A stretch of DNA of 64,000 bases. Source: Escherichia phage dhabil. How positions within the stretch are numbered: position 1 is the first letter of the stretch; every line of letters starts with the position of its first letter. The stretch lies in the sequence record MN850621.1; one strand, written 5' to 3'. Below, piece after piece: positions 37,092 to 47,085 of the stretch. Both the position numbers and the translations under genes were made by a program. A model generated the notes under the pieces. That model did not search any database. It had not been told where the DNA came from and saw only the letters and a list, made by a program, of their open reading frames with translations.

Positions 37092-37664
37092 TTACCATTC
37101 CAATGCTTTCTTTTTCAAGTCTTTTTGTTCTTTCACATTTTTAGTTACGGATTTCAGGAACTCGTCCGTAACCAACCCTTTCATCTTCTTAAGCATCGCC
37201 GGAAGATGGCCTTTAATTTTATAAGTCTCGAGATAACGATAAGCGTCATCATTATTAATTGAATGGTATTTCATTAATAAACGAGTAATAAAAACTACAC
37301 TAACTTCATCATCATGGGCCTTAGCCCATTTACCAAATCTCTTACCCTTAGGAACAGCATGTAAAAGATAGTTGAAGTGGCTTTGGTCGTCAAGTTTAAG
37401 ACAGTTAACCATCGCGGCTTGCATAATGCAATCTACGTGTTGGCTCAAACTATTATCTAGCCAAAATTGATTATAGTTTTCTGATTGAGCCAGGTTACGT
37501 TGTTTTTTACCGTATGTGATATCGTTCATAATGGCAAACAATTCGTTTTCAGCCTTTTCTTTAAATGAATCGGCTAAGGCTTGAATAGCAGCGTCGTTAC
37601 GTTGTTTCCAAGCAACTTCATGTTCATTCAGTTCAACGTCATCATCAAAAAGACTTATAGCCAT
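37092..37664 (-). CDS. 62: clamp loader small subunit (gene 62)
   Basis: 190 aa; between regA and 44 as in T4. Confidence 0.75.
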   Translation of the reverse strand: MAISLFDDDVELNEHEVAWKQRNDAAIQALADSFKEKAENELFAIMNDITYGKKQRNLAQSENYNQFWLDNSLSQHVDCIMQAAMVNCLKLDDQSHFNYLLHAVPKGKRFGKWAKAHDDEVSVVFITRLLMKYHSINNDDAYRYLETYKIKGHLPAMLKKMKGLVTDEFLKSVTKNVKEQKDLKKKALEW

Positions 37665-38614
37665 TGGAGCTCCAGAGCAAGTTGGATAAAAAGATAAGTC
37701 AGGTGAATTTCTGGGTTAGCAGCAATACCATGGTATTGGTTATTTTCACCGACGATTTCATACATTCTAACAATGCTTGGCCCAGGCAATTTACCATAGA
37801 GTTCGTTAGCCAATGTCATAATAAAGTTGGTATAATCATTGACATGACGTGGAGCTAATGCACGGAGTTCTTTAAAGTTTTTATCTTTCAGTGCAGCCAC
37901 TACTTCATCAATAGGCGAATTGGTATTCATTACAATACTCAAAATGCCTGTATCGATTTTACCACTTGAGGAATAACGGTCTAGTTGGTTAACTGTTTTA
38001 CGGAAGTCAGGGAAGTTTTGTTTAACTAAAGCAGCAATAACTTTAAGGTCTTCGACTTCGATATTTTCGTTTTTACAAATTGCTACTGCACGATGAATCA
38101 TTTCTTTCATCATGGTTGTTTGGTCAGCTGGAGTGGCTTCACCAAATTTAATTACGCGACAACGAGATTGAAGTGGACCGATAATACCGTCAATATTGTT
38201 TGCTGTAATAATTACAGAACAGTTTGAGGAATAGGCCTCTAAGAATGAACGAAGGTGGCGTTGAGCTTCAGCAACACCAGCACGGTCGAATTCGTCAATA
38301 ACAATTACCTTACGTTTACCTTCGATAGATTTAGAAGATGCAAAACGAGTAAGTTCGTTACGAACGAAATCAATACGACAGTCGGAACCGTTAACAAACA
38401 ACATGTCTGAATTTGTATCAGCACACAATGCTTTAGCCACGGTAGTTTTACCTGTGCCTGGTGAAGCAGAGACTAGGATAATGTTAGGGATTAGGCCCTT
38501 ATTAACAATGGCTTGGAGAGTTTCTTTATCATGAGCAGGCAGAATACATTCAGATAAAGTACCTGGACGATATTTCTGTTCCCACATGAATTCATTATTA
38601 TTTACTGTAAGCAT
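37655..38614 (-). CDS. 44: clamp loader large subunit (gene 44, AAA+)
   Basis: 319 aa; Walker A SPGTGKTT, Walker B VIVIDEFD. Confidence 0.9.
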   Translation of the reverse strand: MLTVNNNEFMWEQKYRPGTLSECILPAHDKETLQAIVNKGLIPNIILVSASPGTGKTTVAKALCADTNSDMLFVNGSDCRIDFVRNELTRFASSKSIEGKRKVIVIDEFDRAGVAEAQRHLRSFLEAYSSNCSVIITANNIDGIIGPLQSRCRVIKFGEATPADQTTMMKEMIHRAVAICKNENIEVEDLKVIAALVKQNFPDFRKTVNQLDRYSSSGKIDTGILSIVMNTNSPIDEVVAALKDKNFKELRALAPRHVNDYTNFIMTLANELYGKLPGPSIVRMYEIVGENNQYHGIAANPEIHLTYLFIQLALELQWL

Positions 38615-38675
38615 ATTAATTTCCTCAGGTTTGTTTTTACATTATACTCCAAGGGAGGAATTTCCTCCCTATGCT

Positions 38676-39374
38676 TTAGAACGAGTGGCTTGAGCCTGCT
38701 TCCATAGCTAATACATAAGAAGCTTGTGTACCTTCAAACTTAGCTGCAAATCGAGCATCCTGACCTTCACCACGAGCCCATAGCAATACATGATAATCGG
38801 CTGGCATCATTTTCATATTGGTTTTGTTAATGATGAACTTAAAGTCAGGACCGTCATGATCGGCTACTACCAAAGAATACAGTGGACGAGTTAATTCTTT
38901 ATCGTCGACTTGTTTATAACCGTTGATAACAATTTTACCATCGTCTACAGTGATTGCAAATGTATCAATACTCAGACCAGAGGACACACGCATCAACTGT
39001 TGATAATCTTCGGCTTTCAGGTCGAAAATAACTTCAGCCACAGGGAACGGGATAGCTTTACTTGGGAATGCGATTGTGCTTGGGTCAGCAATAGGCCACT
39101 TAATTGTTGAACGTTGGTCTTTAATAATTAATGTGGTTTGGTCTTCACTTACCGAAACTTCAGCACTTTCTGATACCAAAGACAGAATACTTAAGAAGCC
39201 ATTCAAATCATAGATTGCTGCTTCGATATCGAAGGTATCACTTACAGTAGCTTCACCATAACTTGCACCGGTAACAGATCGGGTCAGAATGGTGTTACCT
39301 GGTTTAAGCATAATGCCCGGGTTAATACCAGAGAAGTTTTTAAGAATGTTCAGGGTTTCTTTAGAGAATTTCAT
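38676..39374 (-). CDS. 45: sliding clamp (gene 45)
   Basis: 232 aa; N-terminus ...LKNFSGINPGIMLK and C-terminus ...FEGTQASYVLAMEAGSSHSF match T4 gp45 as recalled. Confidence 0.9.
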   Translation of the reverse strand: MKFSKETLNILKNFSGINPGIMLKPGNTILTRSVTGASYGEATVSDTFDIEAAIYDLNGFLSILSLVSESAEVSVSEDQTTLIIKDQRSTIKWPIADPSTIAFPSKAIPFPVAEVIFDLKAEDYQQLMRVSSGLSIDTFAITVDDGKIVINGYKQVDDKELTRPLYSLVVADHDGPDFKFIINKTNMKMMPADYHVLLWARGEGQDARFAAKFEGTQASYVLAMEAGSSHSF

Positions 39375-39396
39375 AATGTTTCCTTATCAAGTCAAA

Positions 39397-39816
39397 TTAA
39401 GCAATTACGATCATTTGTTTACGGATTGATTCAGGCAGAGATTCAATATACTCTGGAATCTGGGAAGCAACCATAGCACCGGCTTCAAGCAACTGCTCAT
39501 CAGGGTCGACGCAATAATCATCTTCTAAACGTTCAGAACCGTCGCGGTCGATAACAAGTTTAGCACCTGCGGCCAGTGAATCATTATAATGGCGACGCAT
39601 GATTTCTACCCACTTATCAGATACGTCGTTATCAATAATACCGTAGAGCATGAACTTAGTTTCTTGTGGAAGAGACTGCAGTCGACGGGCAGAGTTGGTA
39701 TCAATATTCAGCACCCATGATTTACGGATACGGTTCTGATTATGCGGGTTGGAATCAGTACGGATGGTTTTAACTTGGATATCTTTAACTGTAACGCCAT
39801 TAGAAGTAGCAAACAT
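39397..39816 (-). CDS. hypothetical protein, about 139 aa, at the position of T4 rpbA
   Basis: ORF-track start is TTG at 39858; in-frame ATGs at 39831 and 39816; start uncertain. Confidence 0.35.
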   Translation of the reverse strand: MFATSNGVTVKDIQVKTIRTDSNPHNQNRIRKSWVLNIDTNSARRLQSLPQETKFMLYGIIDNDVSDKWVEIMRRHYNDSLAAGAKLVIDRDGSERLEDDYCVDPDEQLLEAGAMVASQIPEYIESLPESIRKQMIVIA

Positions 39817-39872
39817 AATATTTTCTCTCATTTGGTTGGTAAATGTATTATAAATCAATATTTTAAAGCAAT

Positions 39873-40064
39873 TTAATCAAAGTACTCGTAGACAAACCAT
39901 GCTGGATTTCTATTTGACATGATTTTATCATATTCTGACTTAAAAGCATTTTGGAGATAATCTTCAGTAACAAGATGTTCGTCTCCAGAGAAGTTGTTAA
40001 CTAAAACATATCTCTTTATTTCCGGAACGGCCAACAAATGCTGGCCTGTTATAAAATCACTCAT
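39873..40064 (-). CDS. hypothetical protein, 63 aa
   Basis: ATG at 40062-40064, ATGA overlap with the gene 46 stop. Confidence 0.4.
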   Translation of the reverse strand: MSDFITGQHLLAVPEIKRYVLVNNFSGDEHLVTEDYLQNAFKSEYDKIMSNRNPAWFVYEYFD

Positions 40065-41743
40065 TCCATCACCGTGAATCGTCCAACTTTCTTCATTTGG
40101 AGATGTTGGCCATAAGCTTGTGGGTCATGGTCTCGGTGAGAGATAATGAACACGTTCGTATCCTCAAGGCTATTCAAGATGGTTGCAATGCTCTTAACGC
40201 CTTCAGCGTCAGTTGCACTGTCAAATACCTCATCAAGAATCAGTGTGGATATATTAACACCTGATACCCTAGAAGCAATATCACGCCATGTAAAAAGAAG
40301 TGCGATATCAATACGTGCTTTCTCACCCTGTGAAAATGAAGCATAACTAAAGTCTTCACGTCCACGTGATTTAATCGTCTCATTGAATTCTTCGTCTAGA
40401 GTAAAGACGTAGTCCGCTTCCATAATCTTCAAATAAGAATTAATCTGCTTATTAAAGATAGGAATGTATTTCTTAATAATGGAACCTTTAATACCGGTAT
40501 CCTTCAACATTTCTGTCAGAATTCCACGATGATATTTTTCCATTACCAAGGACGATTTGGTAGAGACGATTTTATCAAGCTCCGCTTGAAGCGTAGCAAT
40601 CTCTTCAGCATTACTTACGAACTCAGCTGCTGCCTGGTCAATTAATACCTTAACCTTTTTAGCTTTCTCTACAGCAGTAATGGCTTGCTGCTTATGAGTA
40701 GCTATCTGAGATTTAATAGCCAAAGCTTTATTGCGTTGTTCGGTTACTTGGTCTTTAATGAGCTTGAGTTCTTGGTATTGCTCATTAATCTTATCCAAAG
40801 ATTTTTGAAGCTCAAAGTTTTTATCCTTAATTTTAGTAAGGATATTACCATGCTCTTCTAACCCTTGCATACACGTAGGACAATGGCCACCGGTTTCGTA
40901 TAACTTAATTACCTTTGTAAAGGTTGCCATATCATTTTTGATTGCAAATCCTTTATTACTCAGGTCACTCATGGAGTTGCTAGGGTCATCATCTACGATA
41001 ACATTGAGTAATTCATCAGTCAGGGATTCTATGCTCGCCTTCGCAGTCCTGGCTTCTTTAACGAGCTCATCATACATTAATTGTAGACGGGCAGCGTTCT
41101 CGCCGGATAATTTACGTTGACGTTCTTCGTTGTCGTTATAAATTTTAATTTGTTGGGTAATAGAATCTTGCTTAACGTCTATTACTTGGATTTGGCTATT
41201 AGTCTCACGAATCAAAGATTTGTTCAACTTATCCATATCCGCTAATACAGAAACCTCTAAGAGGTCTTCGACGAGTTTTCTTCTTGCAGGAGTGGATAGG
41301 CCCATAAAAGGGGTATATCCAGCTGTGCCGAGTACGACAATTTGTTTAAAGCTTGCGTAGGACATTCCGATAAGCTGTTCAAATTCCGCTTGGAAGTCTT
41401 TACTGCTGGCAGATTCATCAAGACGTTCACCGTCACAAGAGATTTCAAAAACGTTGGGTTTTTGCCCGCGTTTGATATAGTATTCTTTGCCATCATATTC
41501 CATCCACAGTTCGACCAAAAGGTCTTTCTTGTTACTTGAGTTAATCAACTGCCCTTTCTTAACATCACGAAAAGGCTTACCAAACAGAGCAAATGTTACA
41601 GCTTCAAGGAATGTTGATTTCCCTGCACCATTTTTACCTGTGACTAAGGTCTTTTGGACCTTATCAAGTTGGATTGTAATAGGCTGCTGCCCTACCGACA
41701 TAATATTTTTATACGTTACTTTATTTAACTTAAACGTTTTCAT
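40061..41743 (-). CDS. 46: recombination endonuclease ATPase subunit (gene 46, Rad50/SbcC-like)
   Basis: 560 aa; Walker A GKNGAGKST; zinc hook GGHCPTC; coiled-coil middle. Confidence 0.9.
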   Translation of the reverse strand: MKTFKLNKVTYKNIMSVGQQPITIQLDKVQKTLVTGKNGAGKSTFLEAVTFALFGKPFRDVKKGQLINSSNKKDLLVELWMEYDGKEYYIKRGQKPNVFEISCDGERLDESASSKDFQAEFEQLIGMSYASFKQIVVLGTAGYTPFMGLSTPARRKLVEDLLEVSVLADMDKLNKSLIRETNSQIQVIDVKQDSITQQIKIYNDNEERQRKLSGENAARLQLMYDELVKEARTAKASIESLTDELLNVIVDDDPSNSMSDLSNKGFAIKNDMATFTKVIKLYETGGHCPTCMQGLEEHGNILTKIKDKNFELQKSLDKINEQYQELKLIKDQVTEQRNKALAIKSQIATHKQQAITAVEKAKKVKVLIDQAAAEFVSNAEEIATLQAELDKIVSTKSSLVMEKYHRGILTEMLKDTGIKGSIIKKYIPIFNKQINSYLKIMEADYVFTLDEEFNETIKSRGREDFSYASFSQGEKARIDIALLFTWRDIASRVSGVNISTLILDEVFDSATDAEGVKSIATILNSLEDTNVFIISHRDHDPQAYGQHLQMKKVGRFTVME

Positions 41744-41946
41744 GTATTGTTCTCACGAATTGTTTGTTCAGCATATTCTAGCATTTCTTCGGAAGAAGCA
41801 AACACGTCGTCAAGTTCCATGGCCCATGAAACACCTTCAGAATATTCAGAAGTGACATACATAGTTCCGGTATACCAAGAACCATCCACGTCCCATTCTA
41901 CATTACCGAACCAGCCATCGCCAATATGAAAATCATGTTTATACAT
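41740..41946 (-). CDS. hypothetical protein, about 68 aa
   Basis: ORF-track start overlaps the upstream gene; ATG at 41944-41946 used. Confidence 0.35.
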   Translation of the reverse strand: MYKHDFHIGDGWFGNVEWDVDGSWYTGTMYVTSEYSEGVSWAMELDDVFASSEEMLEYAEQTIRENNT

Positions 41947-42202
41947 TTTCATCATTATAAGCATCCTTGATGCATGATTCAGCCATATGAATTAATGCCT
42001 CTGGAGTATCATCTTCCATTACATTAAAACTAAATTCTACAGCCCAATCGGTAGCAACATAAACTTTAATAAGCTCGCCGGTATCACGAGTGCTCACGGC
42101 TTCAAACCAGAACTTAATTGTACTAGGTTGACCATCATCATCAATAACTATACAGTCGTGTTCCAGTTCAAGTCCCGATTTTTTGAATTCATCTAAAGTC
42201 AT
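41939..42202 (-). CDS. hypothetical protein, 87 aa
   Basis: ATG at 42200-42202, ATGA overlap with the gene 47 stop. Confidence 0.4.
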   Translation of the reverse strand: MTLDEFKKSGLELEHDCIVIDDDGQPSTIKFWFEAVSTRDTGELIKVYVATDWAVEFSFNVMEDDTPEALIHMAESCIKDAYNDENV

Positions 42203-43221
42203 CGTGTAACCTCATTATAAAGTTGTGCAGCCATAGTCTTAAGGGCTTTAACATCGGCTTCAGTGTGGCCATCAGGAAGGGCGTCGATATAATCATACAT
42301 CATATCCAAGAGAGATTTAACTTCATCTTCCTCTTCAGAATCATCGATATAAACACTATTATCTACCTTAGACACAATACGTAAAGAGTGAACAACCTTT
42401 TCAAGCTCTGATTCGAACTTAGTAAGGCCATCATCAATTTTATCGACTATAACACGAACTGCGATATTTGTAAAATCTTTGTAATCGATAGTCGCGTTAG
42501 GGTAATGAATCTTACGATGCCAACAGGTTTCATTAATGATGAAATCCATTTTATGAGTTTCGGTATCAAAAATCCAGAAACCACGGGGGTCGTTCTCATC
42601 ACCTGCAGTCAGGGTCCATGGAGTACCAATGTACTTAACGTTTGCTGCATCAGAAATAGTGTGGAAGTGACCAGACCAAACTTGCTTATACTTTTTAAGG
42701 AAATCAGGTTCTAAACCATGGGATTTCATTCCTTTATAGAAATAGAAACCATTTAATTCCCAATGACCAATACAGAAATCTGCTGTGGTATTTTTGATAT
42801 GGTCCATGATATCGGTCGTGTTTTCTTCACACATCCATGGAATCAAATCAATTTCGGTGCCATCAAAGTTAACCGTAGTAGGTTTTTCAATAACCTTGAT
42901 ATGGTCATATTTACCCAGAACTTCAGAAGCAGCATTAGGAGTTAAGGTATTTTTGTAGTGCATATCATGATTACCAACAACAGTATACATGGTAATGCCA
43001 TTAGCTTTAAGCAAATCAGAGATTTCGCGAGCGAATTCCATACACTTATGGGTAATTGCTTTACGAACGTCAAAGATATCACCATACTGAATCCATACAG
43101 TAATACCATTTGCTTTAGAATAATTGATGGCGTCTTTAATGCCCGACAATTGAATGTTTTGCACCCAAGGGTCGTCGTTCTTAACTCCAAGGTGCCAGTC
43201 ACCTGTGTTTAATATTTTCAT
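42199..43221 (-). CDS. 47: recombination endonuclease nuclease subunit (gene 47, Mre11/SbcD-like)
   Basis: 340 aa; calcineurin-like phosphoesterase motifs GDWHLG, GDIFD, GNHD. Confidence 0.9.
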   Translation of the reverse strand: MKILNTGDWHLGVKNDDPWVQNIQLSGIKDAINYSKANGITVWIQYGDIFDVRKAITHKCMEFAREISDLLKANGITMYTVVGNHDMHYKNTLTPNAASEVLGKYDHIKVIEKPTTVNFDGTEIDLIPWMCEENTTDIMDHIKNTTADFCIGHWELNGFYFYKGMKSHGLEPDFLKKYKQVWSGHFHTISDAANVKYIGTPWTLTAGDENDPRGFWIFDTETHKMDFIINETCWHRKIHYPNATIDYKDFTNIAVRVIVDKIDDGLTKFESELEKVVHSLRIVSKVDNSVYIDDSEEEDEVKSLLDMMYDYIDALPDGHTEADVKALKTMAAQLYNEVTR

Positions 43222-43244
43222 AATATCCTCGCTTAATTAAACCT

Positions 43245-43270
43245 ATTTTATCATCCATTCAGAAAGCAAA
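43245..43270 (-). promoter_or_regulatory. MotA-dependent middle promoter for gene 47
   Basis: Minus TTTGCTTTC (MotA-box-like), 13 bp, TAAAAT (plus 43245-43250), then SD GAGGA and ATG. Confidence 0.45.
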
Positions 43271-43287
43271 AAAGGAGCCTAAGCTCC
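43268..43287 (-). terminator. intrinsic terminator
   Basis: Stem GGAGC/GCTCC 43274-43287, loop ctaa, minus-strand TTTTTTGC. Confidence 0.55.
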
Positions 43288-43510
43288 TTTACCAATTAAT
43301 ACGCCATACAGAGGTTCATGAGAAGACCTGAACTTGATTTTCTTATAAGTAATAGTACCTTCATTTTCCGCTTTAATACGAGCAGCTTCAAATTTAAGTA
43401 TCATCTCATTTTTGTCAGATTTAATCTTATCAAAATCCATCGAATTCGTCATTCATAAAACCTCTTAAAAATCAGGATGTTCGTCTTTCATTAGCCACCT
43501 GTCCATGTTA

Positions 43511-43711
43511 TCATCGTTGCCACCATTTCTTAAGTTGGTGCGAATCCACCCAAACCTTGGCTACAGGCTCAATCCGAAAAATTTCATCGGAATATTGCCC
43601 AACCATTTTATATTCGGTTTCAGTCTGCTTAATACAAATATTACCGTATGAGCGAAGTCTGAAGGCGGCTCCAATAAGAAGCCGTTTAAAGGGTTTATTT
43701 ACTAGCGCCAT
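43511..43711 (-). CDS. hypothetical protein, about 66 aa
   Basis: ORF-track start 43795 overlaps the upstream gene; ATG at 43709-43711 used. Confidence 0.35.
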   Translation of the reverse strand: MALVNKPFKRLLIGAAFRLRSYGNICIKQTETEYKMVGQYSDEIFRIEPVAKVWVDSHQLKKWWQR

Positions 43712-44006
43712 TGATAATTTCCCAAATCTGTTTACGCGTAGTTTCCCACATAACTCTAACGATTTCGTCAGTAGTTGGTTGACGGTAAATACCACGTAAT
43801 TTAATTATAGCATATTTGTAAGCTTCGAAATTGTTTTCGAGAACAGCGCCCTGAGCATGTGTATTAAGACGCTTAATTTCACGGGCATTCTTTTTAAGAA
43901 TTTTGGCAGCTTGAGAAGCGGCTTCTTTAGCATTATTCTCTTCTAAACGCTTCTGGGCTTCTTCAATTTGCTCTTCGGTCAATTGAGAAATGTCGGTGCT
44001 TTGCAT
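43695..44006 (-). CDS. hypothetical protein, 103 aa
   Basis: ATG at 44004-44006; charged, helical-looking. Confidence 0.4.
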   Translation of the reverse strand: MQSTDISQLTEEQIEEAQKRLEENNAKEAASQAAKILKKNAREIKRLNTHAQGAVLENNFEAYKYAIIKLRGIYRQPTTDEIVRVMWETTRKQIWEIINGASK

Positions 44007-44007
44007 A

Positions 44008-44235
44008 TTAATCCTTGTAATTCAGTTTTATATAAAAATCTTCGTCGGTAACGTGATAGTTATAAGTTAATGTTCCTTTTTCAGCTTTAATTTCTACCGA
44101 ATCAGGGTGTTTTGGGTCTATTACAATAGGAAGCTTGGCAATATCCTTAAGATACATTTTAAGAACATAAGGAATTGCCGAATACTCTCCATCTACTTCT
44201 TCTAAAAGGCCTACCAGGTTAATCTTGAGTTCCAT
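44008..44235 (-). CDS. hypothetical protein, about 75 aa
   Basis: ORF-track start is TTG at 44256; ATG at 44233-44235 used. Confidence 0.35.
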   Translation of the reverse strand: MELKINLVGLLEEVDGEYSAIPYVLKMYLKDIAKLPIVIDPKHPDSVEIKAEKGTLTYNYHVTDEDFYIKLNYKD

Positions 44236-44776
44236 ATAAAAAATCCAGCTCACCAACTTTAGATTCGGCGCTCTTATCAGACCCTGGCGCTTTAACTAAA
44301 GAGGTTTCATACTGAGTCATTTTGTCGTAAATATCCTGGATAAAAGTTTCATCTGCGATACCTACCATGTCGTCGTCATTAGCGTCATAAACGTTATGGA
44401 CGAAGTAGCTGTATTTCTTTGCCATTTCTTTGCGTTCTTTCTTGATACGCTGAACAAAGGCATTAAAACAAGCCATAGTGATATATGCATGTGGGTTGTC
44501 GTATTTTGTTTCGTCGAAGTTGTGAAGACCTTTAATAGAAGCTTCGATTCCATCAGCAATCATTTCTTGCTTCCAAGATTGGGTATACCCGGAGAAGTTG
44601 AAACGCTTAGAAAGGCCTTCAGCAATGAGCATAATAGCCAAGCCGATAACATCGTTCTGACGAACTATTTTATTAGGATCGGTATTTTCTCGGAGCTCTG
44701 TTTTCCACTGGGTAATGGCTTTCAGAAGCTCCTTATTATTTACATAGTTATTTTTAGTCAGTTTAATTTCGGTCAT
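44219..44776 (-). CDS. 55: late sigma factor (gene 55)
   Basis: 185 aa; same size as T4 gp55; position between the gene 47 side and gene 49 side. Confidence 0.8.
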   Translation of the reverse strand: MTEIKLTKNNYVNNKELLKAITQWKTELRENTDPNKIVRQNDVIGLAIMLIAEGLSKRFNFSGYTQSWKQEMIADGIEASIKGLHNFDETKYDNPHAYITMACFNAFVQRIKKERKEMAKKYSYFVHNVYDANDDDMVGIADETFIQDIYDKMTQYETSLVKAPGSDKSAESKVGELDFLYGTQD

Positions 44777-44842
44777 TGTTACCTCAGATAACTCAAATCA
44801 TAGGTCTATTATATCATAGTATTTGAAGACCCGTTTAAAGCA

Positions 44843-45106
44843 TCAACGGAGTAAGCAATAAGCCTGAAATACTGTTTCAAGAATTTTTTTGAACTCTTCG
44901 AAGGAAGGGGCTCCTTCAAATCCTTGGCTTTGAATATAAAGGCAGAATTGTTGGTAAAGGACTAAATATTCGGATTGGTTGTATTTGGAAATATGAGACT
45001 TCCACACTTCAGAAGTCTCTCCGCAAATAAACTCAACATTCATATAGTTATCTATTAAGAAAAATCCTAAGCCTTCATAAGCCAATGTTATGGATACAGG
45101 CGTCAT
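44843..45106 (-). CDS. hypothetical protein, 87 aa
   Basis: ATG at 45104-45106. Confidence 0.4.
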   Translation of the reverse strand: MTPVSITLAYEGLGFFLIDNYMNVEFICGETSEVWKSHISKYNQSEYLVLYQQFCLYIQSQGFEGAPSFEEFKKILETVFQAYCLLR

Positions 45107-45369
45107 TGTAGGAATCGGGCTCCTTCTAGTGCATCATCAAGATTATCAAACTCGTCAACGTAATCAATACCGCCGACCTCATCTTTAGCGTATAGCCAGT
45201 ACCGTTTAAATTCATATTCGATAATAAAGTGGTCACCCTCAATCTGGAGAACCCCATCACTATTAAATTGAACTGCATAACCTGTAAAGCGGACATCATT
45301 CAAGAGTTCTTCTTTCATAGCAATCATTTCCAAGTTTTTATCGTAATTAGAGAGTTTTATTTTAATCAT
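45103..45369 (-). CDS. hypothetical protein, 88 aa
   Basis: ATG at 45367-45369. Confidence 0.4.
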   Translation of the reverse strand: MIKIKLSNYDKNLEMIAMKEELLNDVRFTGYAVQFNSDGVLQIEGDHFIIEYEFKRYWLYAKDEVGGIDYVDEFDNLDDALEGARFLQ

Positions 45370-45610
45370 TTAAATAATCCTCAAATTCATTTAATGTCAT
45401 GCCTTCGTCCCAAGCTATTTTAGGATCGGGCATTTTCATATAAGTGGTCTTAGAGCTTATAGGAAATATCCTGAAATCGCGATGACTTCCACTTAACATA
45501 TTAGCCGCTTTTATAATAGTTTCACTATTATTCATCATAGGGGTACGTTGGAAACCGGCTAAAGATTTAAGGACTATTATAACCGATACATCTTCAGGCA
45601 AATTACTCAT
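45362..45610 (-). CDS. hypothetical protein, 82 aa
   Basis: ATG at 45608-45610. Confidence 0.4.
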   Translation of the reverse strand: MSNLPEDVSVIIVLKSLAGFQRTPMMNNSETIIKAANMLSGSHRDFRIFPISSKTTYMKMPDPKIAWDEGMTLNEFEDYLND

Positions 45611-45936
45611 TTAGCAGCCTTAACAATTTTCAGGTCAACGAATTTTTTCTTACGTTGATTCTTCATACGACGGATGGTTTTGTCCGTGATTTCACCCGGG
45701 CACCAAGCTTTAGATTCGACACCAAAGGCGGCCACATCAAACTCGTCGAGAATATATTGAACCAGGATTTCACGAATACCGTTCTTACCAATTTTTTGGT
45801 CTTTAGAGTGCATGATTGGTAACAGTTCAGCAACCCATTGGTCAAGAACCTGAGGAGTTACAAAGCCGGTTTTCATCAGTTCGTTAACTTTATCGAAAGC
45901 GAAAGAGTTCAGTACGTTTTTAATAGCTTGTGACAT
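45607..45936 (-). CDS. hypothetical protein, 109 aa
   Basis: ATG at 45934-45936; initiation region identical to that of the gene at 52456-53301. Confidence 0.45.
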   Translation of the reverse strand: MSQAIKNVLNSFAFDKVNELMKTGFVTPQVLDQWVAELLPIMHSKDQKIGKNGIREILVQYILDEFDVAAFGVESKAWCPGEITDKTIRRMKNQRKKKFVDLKIVKAAK

Positions 45937-45966
45937 AATAATTTCCTCAGTTTAAAATTTATAATC

Positions 45967-46005
45967 CGTGGGACCATTATACTCTGGTCCCAAGAGTTTG
46001 TAAAC
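45967..46005 (-). promoter_or_regulatory. early promoter with flanking inverted repeat
   Basis: Minus GTTTAC (46000-46005), N18, TATAAT (45976-45981); arms gggacc/ggtccc. Confidence 0.5.
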
Positions 46006-46205
46006 TATTTTTGTGCTAATGCACCTTTCCAACCTTCATACATCATCGCGGCCGATATTAATATTGCTCCTGAGCATTTTGAATATTTGTTATTCCAAAA
46101 CCAGTTTAGAAAAACTTCGTCATCAATACCTTGAGCTATCATATTTTCAAAGAACTGACGACGAGCTTCAGCAATTCGTTGTGATAATTTAGATTCAGGA
46201 TTCAT
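46005..46205 (-). CDS. hypothetical protein, 66 aa
   Basis: ATG at 46203-46205. Confidence 0.4.
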   Translation of the reverse strand: MNPESKLSQRIAEARRQFFENMIAQGIDDEVFLNWFWNNKYSKCSGAILISAAMMYEGWKGALAQK

Positions 46206-46337
46206 TTAAATTTTCCAGTTACCGTTTTCATCAATAAATTCAATCCAGTCATTTACTGACCACTTAGTCGTATCGCCTTTTGGAGCAACATTTAAAGTGT
46301 ATAATCCTTGTTTAAAAAGCATACGTTTGATATTCAT
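46206..46337 (-). CDS. hypothetical protein, about 43 aa
   Basis: ORF-track start overlaps the upstream gene by 86 nt; ATG at 46335-46337 with SD GAGGAAA used. Confidence 0.35.
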   Translation of the reverse strand: MNIKRMLFKQGLYTLNVAPKGDTTKWSVNDWIEFIDENGNWKI

Positions 46338-46344
46338 ACTTTCC

Positions 46345-46638
46345 TCAGCTGTAACGATAGCATTCGTTTGATTTACGTTTTGCAACTCGATGAGAAGTAT
46401 TGTAATCAGGTTCATCGTAGTTGTAAACATCTTTTTTCAGTTTTCTTACTTCTTTACGAAGTTGGCGGTTCATTTCATTCTTAACTTCAGAATCAACGCC
46501 ACGCATACGTTTCCACTTGTCAGATCGGAAGATATTTTCTTCAACTCGTTCCTGACTTACGCCATCTGGTGCTTTACGGCGTCCGGAATAATAAAAATCT
46601 TTTACAGACAATTCTTTACGACGGATAGTTTTACCCAT
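46345..46638 (-). CDS. hypothetical basic protein, 97 aa
   Basis: ATG at 46636-46638. Confidence 0.4.
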   Translation of the reverse strand: MGKTIRRKELSVKDFYYSGRRKAPDGVSQERVEENIFRSDKWKRMRGVDSEVKNEMNRQLRKEVRKLKKDVYNYDEPDYNTSHRVAKRKSNECYRYS

Positions 46639-46640
46639 AG

Positions 46641-46895
46641 TTACCTCAACAGTTTGTATCCAATAAGATTTTTAATATACTGGATATCTTTGATATCCAA
46701 ATCCAACTTAAGGTCTTTCAGACGGTCGGCCAGGGTCAAAAAGGTTACATGCTTCCAATTCTTCACTGGGCAGCAATAAGTCTTAGGACCATTTGCAATT
46801 TCAATATTCTTATCAGTGATGGTGAGAAAAATCAAACGTTCATCATCAAGATTAAGGGTGATGACATTTTTCATTGAATGCAATTTCAGGCTCAT
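46641..46895 (-). CDS. hypothetical protein, 84 aa
   Basis: ATG at 46893-46895. Confidence 0.4.
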   Translation of the reverse strand: MSLKLHSMKNVITLNLDDERLIFLTITDKNIEIANGPKTYCCPVKNWKHVTFLTLADRLKDLKLDLDIKDIQYIKNLIGYKLLR

Positions 46896-47085
46896 AATTT
46901 AATTTCCTTAGCTATCGAACAAAATACACCACGGTCACAAATCATTTTAATATTAAGGTCAATTATGGTATACCACACGTCCAGGCTAGATATTTCAGTT
47001 ACTAGAACAGCTTTGCCGTTGATTGAATAATACTGGTTGACTTTAATTTCTTTATCTTGGATAGTCATAATGTTCTCCTCATGTG

